From Tricharina praecox (Eukaryota), in contig NW_026250407.1 of the NCBI RefSeq assembly GCF_024521635.1, positions 1,426,001-1,490,000 on the forward strand: a DNA stretch of 64,000 bases, read 5' to 3'. The position numbers were made by a program, and so were the translations under genes. A model generated the notes under the pieces. That model saw only the letters and a program-made list of their open reading frames with translations, did no database searches and was not told the DNA's origin. Of the stretch, positions 25,505-38,952 are shown one piece after another (the stretch's first letter is position 1; each line of letters begins with the position of its first letter).

Positions 25505-28138
25505 ATGAAGTTCTCCCATAGCATCCAGTTCAACGCCGTGCCGGACTGGAGTACGCATTACATCGCGTACTCGAATCTCAAGAAGCTGTTTGACTCCCCC
25601 CGCCGCTCTCTCCTCCCCCCTCTTCCCTCCCCCCGTGCTCTGCTGACGCGGACAGGATCTACACCCTTGAGAAGAAGTACGTGCAAAGCCAGGCCAAGCG
25701 GGGATCCGATGATGCGGAGCGCGCGGCGCTACTCGACGACGACGTGGATACGGACGGGGTGTTCCGGAAGGCGCTCGACGCGGAGCTCGACAAGATCTCG
25801 AAGTTCTACGCGAAGAAGGAGCGGGAGCTGCTGGACGAGGTGGAGCAGCTGCTGCAGGACGCCAATGAATACGACGATGGACGAGGCGACCTCGAGCTGA
25901 ACCCCGATGATGCACGACTGAAGAATTCCGGCGTGGGGCCGTCGTTTTCGACGTGGGGGAATCAGCGTGATCTGGAAGCAGATGGGGATGGCGACGGCTC
26001 AGATGATTCGGATGAGGACGCGAGTGGAGCCGGCGGGCGCCTCCTGAATAGGTCCGCGAGACATATGCATCACTCCATCACATCGGATGCGCCGAGCGAC
26101 CATCAGGCGGGCCGGCGGCGGTACTCGACTGCGGCCTCGGAGGAGGGCGAGCAGGCCATGAATACGTTCCACGATAAGCGGATTACTCTCAAGAAGCGCG
26201 CGATATCCCTATTCGTGGCGCTGCGCGAGCTCAAGAGCTTCTCGCAACTTAACAGGACGGGTTTCACGAAAGCGCTGAAGAAATATGATAAGATCCTGCA
26301 GAGAAACCTGAAGTCTCGGTATGTCGAGCAGGCTGTGGCCCCTGCGCACTGCTTCCAGGCGTCGACTATCCAGCATCTCGACGAAAATGTTGCAAAGGTC
26401 GAGGCAACGTACGCGAATCTGGTCACCCAGGGCGATCTGGAGGAGGCAAAGAAGGAGTTGCGACTACACCTCCGAGAGCACGTGGTGTGGGAGAGGAACA
26501 CGGTGTGGCGGGACATGATTGGAATCGAGAGGAAGGCGCATGCGGCTCATCTCGGCCTCACGGGGCCTCTACTAGGGGACCAGGTGGAAAAGAAGCGGTT
26601 GGCTGGAGATGAGGTGCGCGGACCAACCACGAAGAACCTGAAGACGCCGTTTGGTAGTTTGACGGTACCTACTTGGCTATTCTCGGGGGGATTCTTCACT
26701 CTGACGGCCATCATCCTCGTGTTTGCTGTGCTGCTCCAGGTCAAGACGTTTAAGACGCCAGAGCAGCAAAACTGCTTTGCCATGTTGGTGTTTGTTAGTT
26801 TGCTGTGGGCTACAGAGGTTTGTCTCCTCCGGAATTGCTGTCGAGCGTCACACTAACGCATCGCCACAGGTCATTCCTCTATTCGTCACCTCGTTGCTTA
26901 TCCCCTTCCTGGTCGTCCTTCTCCGTATTGTGCGTCATGACCAGAAGCCTCACACACGGATGGAAACCAAAGAGGCGACCAAATACATCTTCTCGGCCAT
27001 GTGGACGCCAGTGATCATGCTGCTCCTCGGTGGTTTCGCCATCGCCGCAGCTCTCAGCAAGTATGGCATCGCCAAACGCATGGCTACCTTCGTCCTTGCC
27101 AAAGCCGGAACGCGGCCGCGCACCGTGCTGCTCACCAACATGTTCGTGGCCATGTTCGCATCTATGTGGATCTCGAACGTTGCCGCGCCCGTGCTGTGCT
27201 TCTCCATCATCCAGCCTCTCCTGCGTAACCTCCCCAGCAACTCGGATTTCTCGAAGGCGCTGATCCTGGGAATCGCGCTGTCCAGCAACATCGGCGGAAT
27301 GGCCAGTCCCATCGCCAGTCCCCAGAACATCATCGCCCTCGAGAACATGCATCCCGCACCCAGCTGGGGCGCCTGGTTCTTCGTGGCACTCCCCGTCTGC
27401 ATTATCTCGATCCTCCTGATCTGGGTGCTCCTCCTCATCAGCTTCCGTCCCGGCAAGGGCACCACCATCGTGCCCATCCGCACGGTCAAAGACCCCTTCA
27501 CCGGCGTTGAATGGTTCATCATGATCGTAACGCTCGCCACCATCATCCTCTGGTGCGGCTCGCACGCACTCGAGCACATCTTCGGGGACATGGGTGTGAT
27601 CGCGATCATCCCGCTGGTGCTCTTCTTCGGCACAGGCATCCTCAGCAAAGAAGACTTCAACAACTTCCTGTGGACGATCATCATCCTGGCAGCGGGCGGG
27701 TTGTCCCTCGGCAAAGCCGTCAACTCGTCCGGCCTGCTGCACACAATCGCGCAATCGATCAAGGAGCGCGTCGACGGCTACAGCTTGTACGCGGTGCTGT
27801 GCGTATTCTGCGGTCTGATCCTCGTGATCGCCACGTTCATCTCGCACACCGTCGCCGCGCTCATCGTCCTGCCCATCGTCATGCGCGTCGGCGCCGCCAT
27901 GGACGAGCCCCATCCCAACCTCCTCGTCATGGGCGCGGCACTAATGTGCTCCGCCGCTATGGGACTCCCTACCTCCGGCTTTCCCAACATGACTGCCATC
28001 ATGCTCGAGGATAGTCAGACCGGCGAGAGGTACCTCGGTGTTAAACACTTCATCACTAGAGGTGTCCCCAGTAGCTTCATCGCCTTCTTTGTCGTTATCA
28101 CCGTCGGCTTCGGGTTGATGCGCGTTGCTGGGTTCTAG
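25505..28138 (+). CDS. PHO91: SPX-domain low-affinity phosphate transporter (Pho87/90/91 family, SLC13/DASS). Exons 25505-25587, 25656-26817, 26870-28138
   Basis: SPX start 'MKFSHSIQFNAVPDWSTHYIAYSNLKKLIY', 'LNRTGFTKALKKYDK', 'LREHVVWERNTVWRDMIGIER', then a membrane domain with 'SMWISNVAAP', 'SPIASPQN' and 'GLPTSGFPN'. Confidence 0.93.
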
Positions 28139-28582
28139 GAATACTATTATTGGGGAGGAGAGTGCGGGGGTGTGGGAGAAGATGGGGGTCTTTCACTGTT
28201 GGTGGAGTTTTCTGTTTTGTGCATATCCTCTTTGGTTTTTCATTTATTATGGTACTTTTACTTTTGTGTTTTGCAGTGTGTTTTGCAGTGTGTTTTGCAG
28301 TGTTTTGCATGGTGCGGTGCGAGGCGATGGTGGGCGGTAAGTGCGGTGATGGGTTATGCAGAAGAAGAATTAGAAGCAATCGTTTTACTCATCATCGTGA
28401 TCTCTTCTTAGCGGCGCTGTACAAAACAAAACAAAACAGAGCCCCCCTCTCCCTCAACACCATATTCGCCCGGACAACCTCGGCGCATCAGACAATCTCA
28501 TACGCCCACCATTCTCCTTCCCCTGTTGTCCACCCCCTTCACCATCCCCCTCAGCGTCACCATCACCAGCGTCACCAGCATC

Positions 28583-30628
28583 CTAAGCCGGCAACACAAC
28601 GCTCCACCTTTTGACAGCGCCATCATTGCCGACACTAACAACGGTGCCATCATCAACCCACCTAACGCCACTAATCCCGCCCATGTGGGCATTGCGGACC
28701 TTGCAGTTCTTCATTGGCTTATCGACGCCGTATATGAACAGGTTCGTGTCGAGGCTTGCGGTAGCGACGTGGGTGCCCGCAGCGTTCCACGCGATGTCGT
28801 CGATCCGCGCCGTGTGGAAGGCCCAGCGGTCGGTTTTTTTCGCGTAGGCGGAGGTGGAGGTAGTGTACAGCCCGATCAGACCTGCGGAGTCGCCGGATGC
28901 GAAGTGGCTGCCGTCCGGGGAGTAGGATAACGCGGTTGCGTGGCTGCGGGTGAGGGCGATCGTGGATACGTCCGTGATCCCGGTGGTGGACGAGTACGTG
29001 TAGATCCGGATCTGGTTGTCTTGCCCCGCGACGGCGATGTGACCTACCGCTGGGGACGCGGCCAGCGCGGTGGGTGTGAAGGTGAGCTTGTGCGTAGTTG
29101 TGAGCGAGGGCGGGGTGCTGGTGCAGTTGTAGATTTGCAGGTGGGTGGTGGTGAGGACCGCCAGGTTGCTGGGGGAGAGGAGGGCGACGCCCTTGGGCTG
29201 TGAGTCGGTGGGGACGGAGCTGGGAGCGAACGAGCCGGCACTGCCGACGATGGTGCGGAGCTGGTCGTCCCAGGCAATGCTGGATATGATGTTCGCCGAG
29301 GTCTCGACGAAGCCGGTGACCACGCCGCTGTGGCCCTCGCCCGAGATGACGGATGCGGTGCCGGTCTTAAAGTCCCAGCTGCAGACGCGGCCGTCGTTGG
29401 AGCCGGTGAGCAGCGCCTTGGTCGTCGAGACCTCCAGTGCTGTGATGGGCTTTTGGTGGCCGGTGATGGTGCGGGTTGGCTCCGCCCCGCCGGAGTAGAG
29501 GTAGTTCAAATCGCCGGAAAGGGACAGGGAAATGATCAACCCATCCTCGCGGGGAGTCCACACAATACCGACCTGTTGATCCGGGATCGATCCGCCCTTC
29601 CCAAAGGTCCACGTCTGCACCAGCCCCCGCAGGTCCACGTCCCACAGCTTAACCGTCTGATCCGCCGACGCGGTGACAAACCGCTTCGAATCTTTGCCCC
29701 AGGAGACGGAAAGAATGCTCCCCTTGTGCGCCCCCTCACTCAAGATTTCCGCAATCAACGTCCCCTCCTTCCCGTCGAACAGAAATATCTTCCTGTCGGC
29801 ACCCACGGAGACGAAGTATGCGCCGTCCGGCGAGAACGCTACGCCAAGAACGAAGTTGCTGTGGTGGCCCTTGAGAGGCGCATTGAACTTGAAGGGCGCG
29901 CCGTGGTAGAACACGAGTGTCTGGTCATCGGATGCGGTGGCGGCACGGTACGGCCGCTGCTGCCGGATTGATACGCTGTTGATCACACTGCTCTGCCCTG
30001 TAATCTCGCCGACGCTGTTGCCCGTGTCGAAGGTTATGCAGTGGCCGAACCTATCCGCATCCATCAGCACCGCTCGCCGGTTCCCCCACACACACATCCA
30101 ATCACTCACCTCTCCTTTCCATCCCCCACCGCAATGATCCGCTTGCTCTCGCCATCCCACGCAAGGTCCTTGATGGGACCAGAGATGATGTGGAACTCGC
30201 CCTTGGTGACCATCTCGTCGCCGACACAGTCCCAGATCCGGATCTTCCCCGAGGCATCTCCCGAGGCGACATAGTAGCCCGACGGCGAGAACCGTGCAAC
30301 GTTGACGATAGCTGTGTGGCCCGTGTACTGGTGCGTGCAGATGGACGGGTCGTCGATGTTGCGGAGGAAGACGGATTTACCCGACTGGAGGAGAGGTTAG
30401 ACGAGGTGGGTGGGGCGAGGGCACTGTGAGCGGAGGTGATACATACAGTGTAGGCTATACGCTCTCCCTTCGGGTCGACGGAGAGGTGCGTGGGCGATGC
30501 GCGGGTTGTTGCGGGTTGGGGAGCGAGGATTGACTCTGCGATGTGTGCACATGTCAGGACTCAGCTCTCGACTCTCCACTGTCCCCGCTCTCCGTTGAGG
30601 AGGATCACGTACGTCTTGTGAGCGACAT
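28583..30628 (-). CDS. AIP1: Actin-interacting protein 1 (WDR1/Aip1), WD40 repeat protein, multi-exon
   Basis: Spliced start MSLTRQSILAPQPATTRASPTHLSVDPKGERIAY; 'ARFSPSGYYVASGDASGKIRIWD', 'DTGNSVGEITG', 'RQQRPYRAATASDD', 'HGAPFKF' and 'WAFHTARI..IAWN..ATASLDTN'. Internal exon boundaries were not all mapped to the base. Confidence 0.93.
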
Positions 30629-31044
30629 TTCTGTAACTAGCTGGGCTTGTAGGGAACGCTTGTATGGTTCGAAGAATGGCGATGATGGGCAACCGTGGAG
30701 GCGTCGATGAGCTGTGACGGATAGGTGCTCGAACTGCTGGCTGCAGCTATTGCTCTCCGAGCACAGGTCCTTTACTACTACTCGCCGCACTAGTCAACCC
30801 AACCCCACCTGGCTTTCAGCTCAAACCAAGGCTGACGAACACAGACAGGGGTGAAGGGGGGCATCCTGGAGGGCATCAAGGCAAAGCGATAGCGAACCGA
30901 GTCTCATCACCGTCACCACGACCACCAGCATCACCCTTCTCCCTCACCTAAGCCCAGTTGCCCACTCTCCAGGCCGCGCAAGTCCCGCCGCCTCGCGCGC
31001 GTCCGCGTCCACGCAAGCAATCCCCAGACGCGCATAAAACAAAA

Positions 31045-31250
31045 CATATATACGAAACCCCCCACGGCCGCCCGCCCTCCAGCTGGAGCACACGGCAGGC
31101 AGTATTTTTCTTTCCCGGCAATCACGGCGAAGTATCAATTCATGTGGCCGGGAAACGAGGCACGTTTCTCAAATTCACTTTCGGCCCGGTTTGACGCTCG
31201 GTTCACCACTGGAAGAAATTCGGGTTGACGAGTAACACGCGGGCCGTAAA
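31045..31250 (-). ncRNA. Box H/ACA snoRNA, snR35/SNORA13-like (guide for 18S rRNA pseudouridine 1191, yeast numbering); 3' end approximate
   Basis: The minus-strand hairpin at 31246-31182 has a CGGCCCG/CGGGCCG basal stem. Its pocket strands CGUGUU and GUCAAA are complementary to the conserved 18S sequence UUUGAC-UC-AACACG. An H-like box follows 14 nt later, a second hairpin lies at 31155-31111, and TATAAAA plus a pyrimidine tract lie upstream. Confidence 0.75.
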
Positions 31251-31921
31251 GGAAAAAGAGGAAAAAAGGGAAGGAAAGAGGGCGGGGGTGGCCGCATTTT
31301 ATACTTGGCGGGGAAAGCGTGGAAAACCCTAAACCTTGGGCTGGCGGGGAAAATTGTTGGTTGACTAGCGCAAAGGCGAAGACATGGCTGGTCACTCGGT
31401 GATGGACGGTGCCGTCGATGAAGTATCACTCGGTTTGTTCTCCAGAGTCGGGACTGTGGTGCGTGAATTGGGGGGAGGGGCGCTGGCTCGCGCATTTGAA
31501 GTGCGAGATCACCGGGGCGAGAGGAGCCTCCTCAAAATCAATGCGCTCCTCCTCCCTACACCCTCCTCCACAACATCTCCTGATGAAGACGGAGGGCGGA
31601 GTAAGGACACAGGCGCATACATTTTCTTTTCCAAGCTCTATTTCCTTGGAGCGCTCTACATACCTAAGTGAGTATCTATCTTCGGGAAGGGTTAGCGCGT
31701 CAGGCGTCGGGCGTCGGGCAATGGGAGGCTGGAGCCCACAACGAGCCGCTGCGGATGGACCGAAGTGTACACGGTATTGCGTGATCGAAATAGGTCGCGG
31801 GCTATTAATGAGCAGACAAAGAAAAGGTTGAAATCTGTGGGGGTGAATGGAGACGAAGTACCTAGGGTTAATGGGGAGTAGTGGGGCACATTGACAGTGT
31901 GACAATAGGTACCGGTGTGTA

Positions 31922-32290
31922 TGTACGGTGCAGACCCCTCCAATTCTAAGTCCTACATACCCAGGTAACCCGAACATCAATGCAAGTTGTAACCCTTGCA
32001 GTAGCTATTTGCGCCTACATACGCCGCACGGTGTAAACCTTCCAATTCCCATTCCCATTCCCAGTCCTATGTACGTAACCCGAACACCAACGAAAGTTAC
32101 ATACGAAACCCTTGCAGTGGCTATTTGCTCCCACATACGCCGTACGGTACAGATAACCCGAGCATCACCAAACCCCTGCAGTCGCTATTTACTCCTACAT
32201 ACGCCGTACGGTACAGACCCTCTAATTCCAAGTCCTGCATAATCCGAATATCAATGAAAGTTACGAAACCTTTGCAGTGGCTATTCATTC
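31922..32290. repeat. Degenerate minisatellite, about 4 units of 60-110 bp
   Basis: Recurring blocks TACGGTRCAGA, TAACCCGAACAYCAA, AAACCCYTGCAGTNGCTATTT and CTACATACGCCG. Confidence 0.8.
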
Positions 32291-33590
32291 TACTCCACCC
32301 TTCCATTGCCTCTCGTATCCATCTACCAGGTAGTATGTAGGTGCGACCAGCCTAAGTCTACCATTCATACCTATTGTCGAAAAGAACGAGAGCGTTCATC
32401 TTCACCAGGTATCACAACCACAATCACAACCACAACCACAATCTTTTCGACCGTCCCAGATGCTCTCCGCCATCCACCCTCCCAAATACCGTCGCGTCCC
32501 TCCACAAACAAGCTCTTCAACGTCGTTGTAGTACCTATACCGAACATACCACGAATCTAGGGGGCTCACCGATCCCACGTGCACATGACAATGAGAAACA
32601 CTAACAGAACGAGTGACATCCCATGAACCCCCGCACAAAACGAACGAAATCCCAAGCAGCGGTAAGTACAACGTACCATTCCATTCTGTTTTATACGAGC
32701 CGGTGTGGCCATACTAGATCATCCCTTAGATACTTGGGTGTGTAGTGACGGGAGAATGAATCGAGTGACATCTGTAAACCTAGGTAGGCTCAACTACTCG
32801 CTACTGGTTGCCATTTACTCTACTCCCACTGGCAATAGCGGTTACAAGAGCACCGTAGAGTCTAGATGTAAGATGCCAGAACGTGCTCGGGAGTGCACTC
32901 CAGCATTAACCATCAACCATAAACCACTAACCATTACCCATCACTCGCGCGTGGCGACCAGACACCCTCCGACTCGGTAAGGTCTGGGCGCCGAGCGATG
33001 TAGTTAGAGCCCATATCGGACATCGAACTCACAGTCACGGCCAGCAGTCGGGGCCAGCGGGGGTGGAGCCGGATGTTCCGCGTGCGTGTATACTGTAGCC
33101 ACGGTCTATGTATGTACAATACATATCATACCCAGTCTCCAGATCGAATACTACAGTACGTAGAGTACGTCGGTACCCATGATGATTAAACAATAAACAA
33201 TAAACAAAAACACACAACACAATACAACACGCCTTCAGTGTTCACTGGTCAGACCTCTGGCCGGCGGCGGGCTGGAGAGGCTGACTGTAGTCTGTAGTCT
33301 GTAGTCTGTAGGCAAATACATGCAGTATCTAGCAAAAACCCGGAGGAAGAAAGATATCTATAGTACCTACCGTAGCAACCCTTGGATTTGAAAAATACCC
33401 CGTATCAAGTTATCAACACGCCATTTTTCCGTGTTGATACCTGATCAACAGTGAATACCACTGGGCTACCGTGTTTACAAGTCAAGTCTGCTGGATTAAC
33501 ACAGTACAGTGTCGATTATCAGCTTTTGTGGTACAGTAGCCACGCCAGTGACGCCACGCCCCACCGGTGACTTGTAAGTTGTGAGGAATC

Positions 33591-33645
33591 CACCCCCTCC
33601 CCCCTCCCCCCTCCCCCCTCCCCCCTCCCCCCTCCCCCCTCCCCC
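33591..33645 (-). repeat. (AGGGGG)n tract, potential G-quadruplex
   Basis: About 8 copies of CCCCCT on the + strand. Confidence 0.85.
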
Positions 33646-36600
33646 GCAGGCCCGAAGCCGGTCCCTGTAGTGTACTAGGTAGTATGACTACCTAGTACAT
33701 ACACAGGCGCAGAAAATCTCACCTGCAGTGTGCCGTCCCGTGTTGCTATGTAACTTGCGTTGCAACTAGCACTGGTGGGTTGGAGGTTTCGTTTGCACGC
33801 GACCGAGCTTTGCTCTACTACTTTAAGCACCAGCGGGCGCGAGGCGAGGGCGAGACAGTTACGTCGGTGGTGGTGGTGGTGGTGGTGGTGGTGGTCGGTG
33901 GCGGTGGTGGTGGTGGTGGTCGGTGGCGGTGGTGGTGGTGGTGGTCGGTGGCGGTCGGATCGGGAACGGGAACGGATGAGGGGAAGAGAGAGGAAGGGAG
34001 GGGCAGCGGGCGGGCAGGCGGGACGGTACAGTGGGCGGGACGGTGAGACACTCACACTCACACCCCCCAGACACACGCAGACACACGCAGACGCACTCGC
34101 GGCGCCGAGCGGGAGCTCCGATTCGGTGCGTAGCGGAATATAATGTTTCCGGGAAGGAGGGGAAAGGGGGGGAGGGAGAGAGAGGGGGGGAGAGAGAGAG
34201 ACAGTCCGGTGTGCACCGCGCACCGCGCACGGCCGCTGGATGTCTGGATGTCCGGAAAGCTTAACGCCGGATTCGGTGCGCGCTGGAAGCTGGACGTCGG
34301 ACGTTGGTGCCGTTCCGCAGCCGTTCCGCGGTCCACGAAGCGAAGTGGGCTGGGGTGGGGTGCGGCGAGCGCGGCGGGGAGGTCTGTGTGGTTGTGTGTG
34401 TGTGTGCTCCGCATGGCCGTCAGCACGGCTGCCAGCCCGGGGCGGTGCTGGTGAGGCTGCTCAACATACACATACACATATTGTACAAAACTACACAAGG
34501 TACATACGAGTACACACAATGGAGTAGTGAGTGAGTGGTGACTCTACACGCCGCGCGAGAGGCTACAGAGGCAGGACATACCGGTATCCATCCCTCCCTC
34601 TCTCCACCACGTTCCCCCCTCCCCCCAGCCAGAGCTTGTGATCTAGAGGTTCGAACGATACCCTACCCACCTACCCCCGCTACACCGGCCAGCCCGCCGC
34701 TTCGGGAAGGAAATATGTAGCAGTTCGCAGTTCCCCACAGCTCGGCTGGCTACGGTCGTCACAGCTCTTTGCCTTTGCCTTTGCCTTTGCAGATAACCGT
34801 TTTGACGCGTGGCGAAGCGAGCACTCTCGTTGCAACTTGGCCGCTCGGAGGTTATAACTAGTGATGGGGGGCAGGTCTCTGGACTTTTTTTTCGCGAGCT
34901 GCTGTACTAGGTAGGTGGGTGCTAGTGCCTGGTAGGAGGTATGTATCATACGTATCAAAAACACGGAGATAACTACTCTACTGCGGGAGGTAGGCTGGCA
35001 GGCGGGCAGGCTGGCAGGCAAGTAGGTACTTGGGTATTTGCACACGTGCGTCCGTACATACACAGGTACATAGGCGGGTGGGTGGGTACTTACTCGGCCC
35101 CGGTTGACGGCCGCGGAAAAAGGGACGCTGAATGGATCATGGATGGATCTGGAGTGATCGTGGTCGGTGGTCGGTGCTTGGTGCTCGCTGCTCGGTGTTT
35201 GGTGCTCTGCAACCTCCATGGTTGTCTGCAGGCTGCGTACTGTATGGTACAAGCGAGGTGAGCAGGAGGAGGAGCTCTGGAGGAAAAGCGGTGTCGAGTG
35301 GACTAGGTATCGATTCTTCGCGGCAATGGGCTGAATGGTGAGTTGGATTACTATTGTTGCCGTTGTGACTACTGTTGCTATTATTACTACTGCTACTACT
35401 GTTACTACTACTGTTACTACTACTACTACCATTACTACTACTAATACCGTAACTACACACGTGTAGGCGCTGGCGGGAGAGATCTTGTTAGCTCGCAAGG
35501 CAAAGAAAGAAACCGCATCAAGCTCAAGAATCTCCGCCTCCTCGAACCCCGCGCCCTCTCCGATTACTCTCCACCCTGATCCTAGAGATCTCATCGACGC
35601 AGATTGAAAACAAAAATGTAACTAAATAAACGAAGAAAGAAAAAAGGAAGAAGCGATCACGCTTCCTTCCTTTCCATCGTTTCCTTCCTTTGTTCCTTCA
35701 AGCTTCGATCCACGAGCTTTTTCCAGCCATCTGCACCGAAGGAGTGACTATCCGAAAAGAAAATTTATATACGCCTGATATATACGAGAAGTATATATAA
35801 AACCAAAAACGTGGCAAATCCCCTTGCCGGCGAGTGCAGCAGAGCAACAAAGTACAGTACTTCAGTAGCATTACCCACTACCATACCAGCGCGCAAACCC
35901 AGCCGATGGGTATAGAGTATTTTACTCTACTCTACTCTTAGCGGAGTAGAGCGAGAGAGCGGGGTGGAAGCGGAGGGCGGAGAGCGGTGTATGGTGCATT
36001 GCTGCTGCATTGCTGCTGCTGCTATTCTACACAATTATCCAGGGGGCCTTCCAATATCGACATACATGCACTGCAGTTTACGGGCCCTGGTATCCCCGCC
36101 CCCGTCCCCCGTCCCCCACCCCCGGGCCCCCCGTCCTTCCTCGTTCCTCGTTCCTGGCAAGGTTCAGCCCTTCTTCAGTCCTGCTTTGCTTGCTTGCCTG
36201 TGTGCTCGCTGCAGGGCGTACATATACCTACATGTACATAAGTACACTTAGGTACAGTGCAAACAAAAGCGAGCGAAATCTTCGATATGCAGCTGGCGGT
36301 TGGTCGGTGGGGGCCCTGTCGGCTTGCCTTGTCTGTGTAGATATGTGACTGTGACTGCGACTGTCTGCACGGAATCGCTACATACGCTTGCTTGACGACG
36401 CAGGCCAGCCAGCTATGTAGTTAGCCAGACATCTCCATTACTACTACTACTATATACCCGCCCAATCCGACGTGCTCAATGGAGATACATACTCTACTAG
36501 TCGGTACGTATCAGGATTCGGCATTCAGCTGCACGTCGCTATGTATCAATCCGGTCAGGATCCGCGGTTGTGCAGTAGTCGTTGTCGGCGTGGTGGTGGT

Positions 36601-36923
36601 GGTGGTGGTGGTGGTGGTGGTGGCTTGTTCATATGGGAGCACTCGGTAGGAGATTCTCGAGTAGGTAGAGAGCTGTTGCGATTCTCGTTGAAAAGCCACC
36701 GTCTTTCGTCACTCACTCGTCTAAGATATTGCATATTTGCCATATTGGTAACATGCGTCTTGGGAATCGTGTTTATTCTCATAGATACTTGCTTCTGCTT
36801 CTGTCTGGTATGTCTACATAGCTGGTCAACTGCCGTGTTTTGTGAAGAATCAAGCAACTGAAAAACATCACACTCATACATATTCTCAACAATTGCAAGA
36901 GCGACTGAAAGAGAGAGAGAGAG

Positions 36924-36965
<42 letters not shown>

Positions 36966-38952
36966 AGCGCGCGAACGGCGGGACGGCGATTACATACCCG
37001 ATTACTTATCATACAAACCACGAGTAATTGAACCTCCTCCTCCTCCTGCTAACCTTCTAGGTACTAGGCAACTAAGCAGTGTTCTCGAAGCGGAAGCAAG
37101 CAGATCCCAGGACGCTCATATGTATCCCGATTGGGAATGGACAGCGGCTGCTCCCCGAATGGGAGTACGTACCGATTTCCGGTACATACATAATGGGCGA
37201 CCACCATAAGCCGGAGATGCCGTACCGTAGGGACTCAGCAGCAGCGTTCGCAGCAGCAGTCGAAAATTGTGATAGACTATGGTATGTACTCTAGACTAGG
37301 TATGCAGGTTGTTGGGAGACCTCGGCTCGATGGCAAGGACTGCATATAAGCAACAAGCGAGATACTACTCTATGGTACGTTCCTCTTGGCGGATGGAGTT
37401 GGGGGTATTCACATGTACACATGTACACTTACTTGGTTATCCTATCCGGCGGCGGCGGCGGGATTCTAGAAGCCCTGCAATAAGAGTTATGTAATGAGTA
37501 GAGTATCGGGAATCGGGATTCGGAGTTTTTGGAGGGAGTGGGGAAATGCAGCCAAGTATCCAAGTAGCCAAGTAAGTAGATCATATCGTACCTATCTCTA
37601 GATACTACAGAGTACCATCTCTTTTAGTTTGCTCGCTCGGAAGGACGACCAATCTTTCCTTCGTTCGAGATGGCAGTTAGTGTGGTTTTTTTATTTATCT
37701 CTGCGGGAGCTAGGACCAATTACGGCTGATCGGCACGCGCGGTTCGTTTCCGACGTTTTCCTCGGACGGCGGGGCGAGAAGAGAGAACAACTCCGACGTT
37801 GTATATGTGTGTGTAGAGTATGTACCTAGTTGGCCACGGATCACGGAAAATATATCCACCCTGCGCTTCCGCTGCTCGCGGTTGAAAGTTGAAACGAGTG
37901 TCGTCAAGGTTGTGGCCGAGGCACGCCGCACGTCCTCGTCCTCATCCTCGTCCAGCCTTATTTAACTACTAGTATTTGTTGCGGAGCTATGACCAGGTAG
38001 AGTAGAGTAGTTACTCATGACCCCCCCTTAATTGCCCTATTGCCCTAATTGCCCTAATTGCCCTATCGGCCTGCATTTTGATTTCGATTTCGATGGAAAT
38101 CGTGTCCTGTCTGTCTTGTCTGGCCTGGCCTCCGTGTGGTCTGTGTGTGTGGGGAAGCCTTGTGTTCCCTTCGTTCCCGGGGGTAACGTTGTCGAAGATC
38201 CTCCGAGATTGAAAACGTACGATGCACATTACTATACATGGACATTGACGAATAGGCCAGTGAGCGGTGGGGGGGGGGGGGGGGGGGCGTTGGTCGTCCG
38301 GGTCGATTGTGGTGGGTAAGGTGGATCGATACCACGATACATACGGGAGTCGAGAAGTGGCGACGGTACGATAAACCGAACAACTCTGCACGATGACGGC
38401 GGCGGTGCGCACTGCGTGCATTCCCACAATCTACGAAACACCCCGCCGCCGACAGACTGCGAGGCGTGATTCGCTCCGACACCGTTGCGACGCACGCACG
38501 CCCACGCGAGACATGGACATGACATGACAGACAAAACCAAAGACAACTAAAGACAGACGACCAAAGACAAACCAAAGACAGACAGACATCGATAAACTCA
38601 AAACTCCAGGTCTCGCGTTTGCGATGTCGGAGGGATCACGGTACCGTCCAACTACATACTACATAGCACCGGTATGGTACATGGTACCTACGTAGGTAGC
38701 TGAAACCGGTCGAAAGATACAACTCGTGATGGTATCGTGCGTGCGTACGTGCGTGCGCATCCCCGACACTCACTCACTCAACGGCCCAGACCGGTCGGGC
38801 CGGGATTGCAACGTTATGTACCAGTACCACGCGCAAGGAATAGGTACATATGAGTGGGGCACGTTGCGGGGGGTTTCGTCCAGTCCAGCAACAGCAGCTG
38901 GACGGAGAGCGAGCGAGCGAGGCAGAAAAGAGGCCCGCAACCAGCAACCAGT

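Noticed and set aside
12104..27913. Long antisense ORFs over RPL4 (12104-12754), dynactin (23241-24188) and PHO91 (26879-27913, 26950-27762)
   Set aside because: These are expected shadows of strong GC3 codon bias, with no recognisable domains.
31575..31640. Hammerhead ribozyme core (CTGATGA at about 31580)
   Set aside because: There is no stem II followed by GAAA and no closing stems.
31320..31875. Telomerase RNA, suggested by template-like AACCCTAAAC (31325, +) and TAACCCTA (about 31870, -)
   Set aside because: The matches are short and incomplete, I could not identify a pseudoknot or CR4/5 domain, and the nearby structure is better explained as an H/ACA snoRNA.
31922..32290. CRISPR-like array
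   Set aside because: The context is eukaryotic, the repeats are degenerate, the 'spacers' are homologous to each other, and there are no cas genes.
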